DNA of 34,121 nucleotides from Stramenopiles sp. TOSAG23-2 (lineage: Eukaryota), in NCBI GenBank assembly GCA_900128395.1, contig LT649352.1, positions 1 through 34,121 on the forward strand. Direction: 5' to 3'. Below the pieces are notes generated by a model. It did no database searches and was not told where the DNA came from. It saw nothing but the letters and a program-made list of their open reading frames with translations. The position numbers and the translations under genes are program-made. Below are positions 22,448 to 31,424 of this stretch, one piece after another. Position 1 is the stretch's first letter, and every line of letters starts with the position of its first letter.

Positions 22448-23947
22448 TTAAAATGTTTTGCCTTCTTCATCTTTACCACTACCACCATCATCATCACCAC
22501 CATCTTCTTTCTTCTTTGGTACTAATACGATAGATGGTCGTTTCTTTTTTTTAAATGGATTTGTAAATGCAGCAATTGCTTTAATTTTTACCTCTGCAGT
22601 TTTAAATTTTGCTTCATATGTAGTAATTGTTTTCGTTGGATATACTAATAAATCCTCAATATCTAAATTTCTACTTTCTCGTTTTTTCGATATCTCTACA
22701 GGTGTCAATCCATCTTTATTTTTTATTTTCAATGCCTCTTTCCCTAATGTTGATAATAGAAATGGTATAATTTCTATACGTTGATATTTAGCAGCTTCAT
22801 GAAGCAATGTATCGTTTTCATGATAACGTATATATGGACCATCAATATATGGGATTCTCATATTTTTCACCATTTCTACACCCATTATGTCTTTACCAAG
22901 CCATTCAATGAAATCTAATTTTGGTCCTGTTTTATTACAAACTGCCCAATGCATTAATGTATATCCATTTTTACTTTTATGACTTTTACAAAATTCAAAA
23001 CCCGTTTGTTCGCATAAATCTGTATAAATTTTAAAATCTACACTTGGTCCACCAAATCGTATGGCATAATATATTGGTATTTCATCATCATCTCCACCTA
23101 GTTGATGCAATATATTTGGTGGCTTTTCTTTATTCTTTTCGTCCTCTTCTTCTAAATCTTTGACATTTTGCATGGATTTTGCTCTACCTTGTAATGATTT
23201 TTTTCTTGATGAATTAGAATTTGATAAAGAGGATTGTGATCTACGTAATGATTTTCGGCGTGATGGTGATGGACTTTTACTCTTTCGCCGTCTACTACGA
23301 CTCAAACGACGACGACGTTTATTTTCTTCTTCTTCCTTTTTTTTCTTTTCAATAAATTCTTTTTCTAATTTTTTATTCGTCCGTCGAATTATTTTTTTTA
23401 CATATGATAAATCACTTTCATCCCATCCTTGTTTAGAATGTAAATCCCAAATCATGTATTCTATTTCATCCTCCACACGTTCTTGATATTTTTTAACAGT
23501 CTCTTCTGGATTTGTTAAAAGCTCCACACATCGTTTTTTTCTCTTTTTTAAACTTAAATCTTTAGCAAATTCCATTGGTGTAAACATATTGTCATCTTCC
23601 GTTTCAATTTTTAATAAGTCTGTTCCTAGCAAATCCAGGAGATAGGGTATTAAATGTGGATGATTACGATATACAACATGATGAAGCAAGTTCCATTTAT
23701 GATTAAATTCTAATTTTCTTACAAAGTCTTTTCCTGTCTTTTCTACTAGCCAGACGACTATTTTTAATTTTGCACCACAAATAATAGCATAATATACTGG
23801 ATAACTATTCCATATAGTCATCTCTTCATGTAAAGCTTTATTATTACGTTGCAATAACATTTCAATGTGTGGTATAGTTGTTATTGACCAACGTTGTTGA
23901 TGAAACTCATGCAAGGATTTGATCATCCTATCTCCTCCATACGACAT
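22448..23947 (-). CDS. Ankyrin-repeat protein built from two tandem modules, with an Arg/Ser-rich insert
   Basis: Ankyrin-like NLLHHVV, GYTLMHWAV, DTLLHEAAKY..KNKDGLTPVEI. Probable start MSYGG at 23947 (the ORF extends to 24004). Confidence 0.85.
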   Translation of the reverse strand: MSYGGDRMIKSLHEFHQQRWSITTIPHIEMLLQRNNKALHEEMTIWNSYPVYYAIICGAKLKIVVWLVEKTGKDFVRKLEFNHKWNLLHHVVYRNHPHLIPYLLDLLGTDLLKIETEDDNMFTPMEFAKDLSLKKRKKRCVELLTNPEETVKKYQERVEDEIEYMIWDLHSKQGWDESDLSYVKKIIRRTNKKLEKEFIEKKKKEEEENKRRRRLSRSRRRKSKSPSPSRRKSLRRSQSSLSNSNSSRKKSLQGRAKSMQNVKDLEEEDEKNKEKPPNILHQLGGDDDEIPIYYAIRFGGPSVDFKIYTDLCEQTGFEFCKSHKSKNGYTLMHWAVCNKTGPKLDFIEWLGKDIMGVEMVKNMRIPYIDGPYIRYHENDTLLHEAAKYQRIEIIPFLLSTLGKEALKIKNKDGLTPVEISKKRESRNLDIEDLLVYPTKTITTYEAKFKTAEVKIKAIAAFTNPFKKKKRPSIVLVPKKKEDGGDDDGGSGKDEEGKTF

Positions 23948-24652
23948 GGTAATTTTTAATTTTTGAATCACGTGAGCAATCGGAATGTGCGTATATATGT
24001 ACAATAAATTGAGATAAGTCTTATGGGTGTATATGTTTTGTGTTTGGTTGGTTAAATATAAATAGTATTAATATTATAATTATATATTAGTATTATTTTT
24101 TACGTTATTATTATACTTGCACATTTACATTACATATATTATTCCAATACTAATAATATGTTAATGTACTAGTATACTAATACTATACTATTAATACTAC
24201 TAAATAATAATTAGTACTATATGTACAATAGTCGTCTATTATTATTACACAGCGTCGCTAAATGTCAAAAATGGCCATTATTCTAGAATTATAGCACGCC
24301 ATTTTTTTTTTTGAAAAATCACAATCATAAATACCTGCTATTTCGTCCATATAGAAATTAGACTACAAATAAGTACAAAAATGTTTTTTTTTTTTTTTTC
24401 TTATTTCCCACACCCCACACTCTATTTACCGTATATTGGAAGTATAAACCTGTTTTTTTTCTCCTATCAAAACATCAAAACCGCTTACATTATTAAAAAT
24501 GAATATAATAAAAAAAAATAAATATTTATAACGCGTTGGAAGAAAAAAGAAAGAATGTGTAAATCTTTTTTCATATATATGTGTGTGTGTTTCAATTTCA
24601 TATTTTAAACATTTATAATTCTAGTTTCTATTTTAAAAGAGAGAAAAATAAA

Positions 24653-25619
24653 ATGGGTGCAATCTTTTCGAAATTATTTGCAAATATCATTGGTGTAGAT
24701 GTAGCATTGAATTTATTAATGTGGGGACATTCAAGTATTTTTTCCACAGAGAAATATTTTGATATGACAGGAGCTATCACATATTGGACCATGATCATTA
24801 CTGGCTTATTGCAACGCGATGGTAATGTGAGCAGTAGACAAATTTTAAATTCAGCATTGACAATGTTATGGAGTGGTAGACTAGGATCATTTTTAGTAAG
24901 TCGTATTGGTGTAGATCATATTGATGTTCGTTTTGATTATGTTCGCACAAGACCATTGAACTTTTTAGTATTTTGGACGTTTCAAATGTTTTGGTGCTTT
25001 TTTACAGCATTCCCCTTATATACACTATTAGCAAAAGATGATACAAAAAATGAACAAGGTACAACGTTAGATTATGGTTGTTGGGCTTTATGGGCGTTTG
25101 GATTTGCTATTGAAGTGATTGCTGATAGTCAAAAACGTACATTTCGTAGTAATCCAATTAATAAAGGTAAATTTATTACGTCAGGTTTATGGTCATATTC
25201 TCAACATCCAAATTACGCTGGAGAAATGATCATGGCATTTGCAATGTGGTTATCGTCATCACAAAGTTTCACATCAACAGAATCATTAGCAACATTTTCA
25301 TCACCAATTTTTGTTTGGTATTTGTTGAAACATATATCAGGAGTTGTAAGTATGACTATTTTCTGTATATATACATATATATATACGCATGTCTATTTAT
25401 ATGTTATCTGTATCTATATTGGTTGTGACTCTAACATCTATATATATATATATATATCATATAATATTTTAAATATCTATCTATCTTCCATTCGTGCAAC
25501 AAACACACCAGAGATTACTTGATGGTATTGCAAAAAAACGATGGGGTAATGATCCAGCATATGCAGCATATTATGCAAGAACACCTGTATTATTTCCATT
25601 ATTAAGTCGATTTATTTGA
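24653..25619 (+). CDS. DUF1295 / steroid 5-alpha-reductase-like membrane protein, 2 exons (24653-25345, 25512-25619), 266 aa
   Basis: EKYFDMTG, WSGRLGSFL..R....D.RF, EVIADSQK..F, FITSGLWSYSQHPNYAGE. Splicing restores the family C-terminus SGV-RLLDGIAKKRWGNDPAYAAYYARTPVLFP. Confidence 0.92.
25346..25511 (+). other. Spliceosomal intron, 166 nt, phase 0
   Basis: GTAAGT donor, CAG acceptor, (TA)n-rich interior; removal restores the conserved C-terminus. Confidence 0.9.
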
Positions 25620-26274
25620 AATTTAATTTTAATAGAGAGAGCATTAAAATAGAAGCGTTATTTTATACATTTTCAGATACGACCCGTTCGAATAATTAAA
25701 ATAAAAATGGATGTTCATATTGAATACATTTTTATTTATATATATAAAATATACTTCGTATTATATATTTAACCCGAGAGTAAATATAATAAATAATGAA
25801 TACATGTTTTTATAAATTTAACATATATACAGTCAGAGAGGATACAGTATATTATATTTATTGAGCATTAGGATTTATAATTAAAAAATGCAACAATTTG
25901 ATGTGCAAAATTAAAATGAAAAATCCGCAAAAAAAAGCTGGTAATAATGATATTCCTATGCTAGTAGCGATTTTCAGTTTGTGTGTCGCACCTTCTTCAA
26001 CAACACAAAACAACAACAAAATCTTTGCTTTTACTACTATTACTATTATTATAATTACTATATCGATATAATTACTATATATATACATGAATTAACAATT
26101 TTCAAGTTGAACTAAAATATATATTTATACACAAACTATAGTAACAAGAGGTTCATACAAAAGATAATATATAATATTTATAATAACAACACGAATAAAT
26201 TGTAACTCATATATATACATACATTTATTACAGTATATATATATATATATATAGAAAAATATATATTACAAACA

Positions 26275-27657
26275 ATGGCGACAAATTTAAAAGTACAAGG
26301 ATATGTAGCACCAGGGTTTGAACTGGTAGTTGAAGCATTTAAAGAAAATTTTGCAACGGGAGATGAACTTGGTGCATCATTTTGTGCATATCATCATGGT
26401 GTCAAAGTAGTTGACATATGGGGTGGCGGAGATGCAACAGGTGGATTATGGCGCCAGGATACGTTATGCAATGTGTATAGCACGACTAAAGCGCTTGGTG
26501 CGTTATGTGTTGCAATATTAGCTGATAGAAATTTCATTGATTATGAAGAAAAAGTAACAAAATATTGGCCGGAGTTTGGAAAAGCTGGGAAAGAAAATTT
26601 GACGGTAGCTACAATTTTAAGTCATCAAGGTGGGATTAGTGGAATTGAAGAAAGCAATATGAAGCTAGAACCAAATGATTGGTACGATCATGCTAAAATA
26701 TGCCGTGCAATTGAAAATCAAGCACCATTGTTTGAGCCACGAACTGCAAATGGTTACCATGCTTATATTATTGGATTTCTATTTGCAGAGCTTGTTCGGC
26801 GATGTGATCCTCAACATCGAACTATTGGCCAATTCTTAAAAGAAGAAGTAACATCAAAATTAGGCGCCGATGCATTCATTGGTTGTCCAGCAGAAGAACA
26901 TCATCGCATATCTCCACTTCAAGGAAGCAAACCGGTACCAGGACAGCCACAAGTTGGACTCGAAAGATTTTTTGAGGAAGCAAAAAAGAATGGAACTATG
27001 AAATTAATGCGTGCAGTATGGGCAAATCCAAGTCAACGTAGTAGTAGCGCCACTACTGATAACAAAGACGATATGGACAATATAAACATGCAAGCAAATT
27101 CAAAAGAATGGCGTGAGGCAGAAATAGCTAGTGTGAACTGTCAAGCAAATGCTGCTGGTTTGGCTCGAATTTTTGCCGCATTAGCTAATGGTGGTATTTT
27201 GGATGGTGTACGAATTATTTCCAAAACTGGAATTGATTTAGCAACGAAGGTGGAAGTTCCGCATGGGACTCGACTGGACTTAGTTCTAGGGCGAGATGCA
27301 CAATGGGCAAGAGGATTTATGACATCACATCCTTCAACAGCACAATATGGACCAAACCCAGGTACATTTGGCCATAGTGGTGCAGGTGGTAGTTTAGTCT
27401 TTGCTGATCGTGTTGCTAACTTAGGTGTAGGTTATGTAATGAATCAAATGTTGAGTAACTTGAATGGAGATCCACGAAGTCTCCGATTGATTGAAGCATT
27501 ATATCATTGTATTGGTCAACCATGCACTTATCCAACCGATGAAAAAGGATATCCAGTGAGTGGCCGCGGCCAGAATCAAGAAGAATTTGGCAGATTTAAA
27601 AGTACAGTTTTAGGCGATGTTGTTCCTAACAGAGCAACTGGAAGTGCAAGGTTGTAA
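26275..27657 (+). CDS. Beta-lactamase-family (EstB / family VIII esterase-like) serine hydrolase with C-terminal PTS1
   Basis: GASFCAY..G.KVVDIWGG, SxxK (YSTTK), WPEFG..GKE..TV..ILSHQGG, GYH, FGHSGAGGS..FAD; ends in ARL. No introns. Confidence 0.93.
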   Translation: MATNLKVQGYVAPGFELVVEAFKENFATGDELGASFCAYHHGVKVVDIWGGGDATGGLWRQDTLCNVYSTTKALGALCVAILADRNFIDYEEKVTKYWPEFGKAGKENLTVATILSHQGGISGIEESNMKLEPNDWYDHAKICRAIENQAPLFEPRTANGYHAYIIGFLFAELVRRCDPQHRTIGQFLKEEVTSKLGADAFIGCPAEEHHRISPLQGSKPVPGQPQVGLERFFEEAKKNGTMKLMRAVWANPSQRSSSATTDNKDDMDNINMQANSKEWREAEIASVNCQANAAGLARIFAALANGGILDGVRIISKTGIDLATKVEVPHGTRLDLVLGRDAQWARGFMTSHPSTAQYGPNPGTFGHSGAGGSLVFADRVANLGVGYVMNQMLSNLNGDPRSLRLIEALYHCIGQPCTYPTDEKGYPVSGRGQNQEEFGRFKSTVLGDVVPNRATGSARL

Positions 27658-27665
27658 TTTCTACT

Positions 27666-27710
27666 AGAGAGAGAAGAGAGAGAGAGAGAGCGCGCGCGTG
27701 CAAGTGTGTG
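27666..27710 (+). repeat. Compound microsatellite (AG)n(CG)n(TG)n just after the hydrolase stop codon
   Basis: agagagagaagagagagagagagagcgcgcgcgtgcaagtgtgtg. Confidence 0.8.
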
Positions 27711-28215
27711 TAAAAAAAGCTTTTTTTAAAAATTTAAAAAAAGTAAAACTTTTCATCGTTTTTAAAATATATATAATGTATTTAAATAAAAATATAAAGA
27801 ATGGAATAATATTTTGATGTATTATATGATGCATAAATTTACTCGTACACTATAATATGTTTTTTGTTCAAATAAAAAATAGATATCTCAATATCATACG
27901 ACGTCGTATTTTATTACTTCGTACGTATAATTTACGCGTATAATTATTAAAACGAAACATACCGCACATGTACGAGTAACTCATAATTATGCATTATCAT
28001 AAAAAACATACATGTAATGATGTGTATAATGTATTTTCTTCAAAATAAATTGATTCATATCTCATCTATCAACCAAATCAAATCTATAATACATTACGCT
28101 TCGTATTACGTATACATAATATATGCATGCATATATATAATATCATTGCAGCAGCATGAATTTTACTAAACATTTTATTACGATATAAAAACACAAGTCA
28201 TTCTAACTCCCTCCC

Positions 28216-30449
28216 TTAATTATCATCTTTACGTGCTTTTTTCTTTTTCTTTTTGTTCTTTTTTTTTGGACTATCTGGTGTAGCAGTTTTTGCATCACCT
28301 TCAACATTTTTTTTGTCAGCTTTGCCATCTTCACCTTTTGACTTAACTTTTCCAACATCTTTTTCCTCTTCACCTTTTTGTTCATCATCATCAACAATAT
28401 CTTTATCTTCCTCCTCTTCTGTGTATGCAAAGTTATCCTCCTCATCATCACCAGCAATGCAACAATAATAAATCATTCCAATTGCACCAAGTGAGATAGT
28501 TACAACTGTTGCAATTAAATTTTCTGCCAAGACATCTCCAACTTCACCCAAGTAATAATTCATTGTATTTGAAAATCCACCTTCCTCGAATTTCTTTAAA
28601 CGTTCTTCTGCACGTTTATTTGCTATTTTTTCTTTTCTGATAGCAGCTTCTTTTGCATCTTTTGCACCGAAACTAGCGGCTGCCCAACTTTGTGCTGCAC
28701 TTAAATCGTTACCAATGTAAATATTATCAAAATGAATACCGCTACTCATTGTCCAAATTTCAATGGCAACACCACCGATTGGCGCGACAAGCGTGTGGAA
28801 TGCTTCTGGGTGCGTTTCCTCTGAGAAATATTCTGGATTTGGAATTTGAGCAGGAGACCATACACCAATGTAATCTGGATTATCAATCATTGGATGTTCC
28901 CATTTACCTTTGTAATCTGGATTGTCGATCATAGGACGTTTCCATTCGCCACAACCTGGTGCAGATGCACAATCCGGGTTTTTAATTTGCGGTGCTTCCC
29001 ATTCACCATCTTCCTCTTCATCCCAATCTTCAGGCATTTCAGCATCTGGATCATCAATGAAATCTGGCGCATCTTCTAACCAACCATCTGGCATTTCAGC
29101 TTCCATATCTAATATACGTTTTGGCGCATCTTCATCCCAATCGTCTGGCTTGGATGCTTCTGGATCTTTGATTTTTGCCTCATCGACCCAATCTTCCGGT
29201 TTGGTATCACTTGGATCATCAATTTCTTTTGGTGGAACAAAATTATAATCTTTTAAATTTCCATCAACAAATGCATTCATATCTTCTTTCAAATTACCAC
29301 TTGCAACACTTTCGCTGTCTACTAAAATTTCAAACGTATGATCTTTACGTAAAATAGCAGTGTACAAATGCGTTTGCTTATCAGTCTTAATCCCGGTTTC
29401 TTTCTTCAAATGCTTTTCTTCCCATTTTTTTGATACAGGATTTTGATGTCTTAAAATTAAATGAATTTTATTCGTTGTACCACATTTATCTGGACCAAAC
29501 ATGACACTGTATCCACTTTTTTCACTTAATGTTTTTGCACTTAAATCTTCTTCAGCACTTAAAAATTTCAAATACGCACCACCACATTCCAAACCTTCTT
29601 GTAAAGTCACTTCGTATTGTACAATTAAATCTTTATCAAGTGTATCAATAGGTTCATCAAGTACGTGTGATAAACCATAACGTTTTGCTTTTTCAGCAAC
29701 AGTTATACCCTTGAATATTTATATAATAATATATTACATGTTAGTTTTTTTTTTTTCTTTCTTGTTTTTTTCATTTGAAATTTATGTGTATATATATATG
29801 TTTTGGTATGTATGTTATTCTAAATACGTAGTCGTATATATGTATATATAAATATATATACAAAATGTACATGCAAATGGAGGCGCCAACAGAAGAGAAT
29901 ATATTATAATATTGAATATTTTCAATATAAACTGCGACGTACTATGGAGCATAGATTAGATATATCTTTTTGTTTTGTTCTAGGGGCACCTCCAGTAATG
30001 AAATAAATATAACGAACGAATACCGCCCTTTATATTTCACTTGTATACAATTTACAAGGCCACCATTTGATTTGATAACAAATACAAAATGCCCCCCCTT
30101 GTATGTGTGTGTCTACATCACATATTTTAAAGGAAAGATATGTAAAAAAATATATAATATATATATATAGATATAAATAACAACTTACTTTGTCACTAGC
30201 ATAAAATTCAGATGAATCTTGGCGTGCTTCATGTACCCATTTCTGTCCATCGTAGGTACTGTCGGAACTTTCAACCCATCGTGAGAATGGATCATCTTGA
30301 AAGGTTTCAAGGAATGCATGGCCAGTTGATTCTGGTACGGAGAAAGTTTCTTCCACCTCAACAGTTTCATCACCTTCATCTGCGTTACAATAATTATTAC
30401 TATTAATTAATAATAATATTGTCAAGGATAATATCAATGTTTTCATCAT
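28216..30449 (-). CDS. CANX: Calnexin, 2 exons (30449-30189, 29709-28216), about 584 aa
   Basis: Signal peptide; [29 protein letters not shown]-domain repeats ([37 protein letters not shown]); EIWTM; TM helix; acidic then Lys-rich cytosolic tail. Confidence 0.96.
29710..30188 (-). other. Spliceosomal intron, 479 nt, phase 0
   Basis: GTAAGT donor after ..ASDK; AAG acceptor before [12 protein letters not shown], in frame with the calnexin ORF. Confidence 0.85.
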
Positions 30450-30823
30450 TTTTTTAAAATTTTTTTTCACAAATTTTGTTTGTTTGTTTTTTCTTCTTGT
30501 AAAATAATACTCTACTACGTGTAACAAATTCAACAACAACTAGCTACCTGAAATTATACTTTGTTATGTATATATATAGTTTGTTCTGTGTACTCTACAC
30601 CAACATAACAATCTGTTTCATCCATCTAGTCGATATATTTATCGCCACGTGGTCCGGTTCGGAGCAATTCTATTCAATATCGCAACACCCGTTGTACTAT
30701 ATCGTAGTCTTCAGCGGATAAATGTCCCTATATATATAGAAATATATCAGAAAGGTAAAACAAACAAAAAGACGACAACAAAATTTCAAAGAACCATAAT
30801 TGTGTGGTTACCAAACCATCTGA

Positions 30824-31122
30824 CAATGCTATGTACCTACTAACGAACACCTGACTGCTATGTACCTCCTAAATGGTATACAATGCTATGTACACACTAA
30901 ATAACATGACTGCTATGTACCTACTAAATAACATGCCTGCTATGTACCTACTAAATAACATGCCTGCTATGTACCTCCCAGATGCTATGTACCTACTAAA
31001 TAATTATTTTCACATCCTGTATGATACCTCCCTACTAACACCTGATGCCTGATGCCTTTTGTACCTTATACCTTCGCTTAGATATACCTACTAAATAACA
31101 TCTTCTTTGCTGTGCTATGTCT
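30824..31122 (+). repeat. Minisatellite, ~27-bp unit TGCTATGTACCTACTAAATAACATGCC
   Basis: TGCTATGTAC starts at 30827, 30856, 30884, 30911, 30938, 30965 and 30983; degenerate copies continue to about 31122. Confidence 0.92.
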
Positions 31123-31132
31123 ATAGTAAAGA

Positions 31133-31173
31133 TATAAGACTACAGAAAATTATACTTAATGTTCAAAAATATA
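31133..31173 (+). repeat. 41-bp dispersed repeat, copy 2
   Basis: TATAAGACTACAGAAAATTATACTTAATGTTCAAAAATATA; 37/41 identical to 16283-16323. Confidence 0.85.
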
Positions 31174-31424
31174 GGCGAAATGGCCCGAGGTGTTTCGAGT
31201 TTCTACCTTAACCTCTACTATTATTGTTGCTATTACATTATTAACATTGGTTATTATTGGAAAAATTTATTATTTATTATATTTATATATATATCCACAG
31301 TATAATTATTGGAACATAGACATCTACAACAACGAGAGATACACAATTACATCATGTCTATTTATCAATTATTATCATTACATGTATAAATATTTATTAT
31401 AATCATCAAGGAAAACCTATTAAT

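Noticed and set aside
24267-24306. AAAAATGGC...GCCATTTTT stem followed by a T-run, terminator-like
   Set aside because: Eukaryotic context, long loop and mostly A/T pairing; likely chance.
16886-27657. Bacterial contamination or an operon-like HGT island (FDH plus esterase)
   Set aside because: The genes carry eukaryotic targeting signals, share host-like AT-rich flanks and are interleaved with intron-containing eukaryotic genes; there is no functional link between them.
30824-31122. CRISPR-like array
   Set aside because: Inter-core segments are short (8-19 nt) and homologous to each other, and there are no cas genes; it is a minisatellite.
14250-31402. Short Ile/Tyr/Phe-rich intergenic ORFs (e.g. 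14250-14522, 16035-16250, 18397-18606, 25858-26088, 30649-30843, 31190-31402)
   Set aside because: Their composition reflects AT-rich non-coding DNA, several have non-ATG starts, and none has recognisable motifs.
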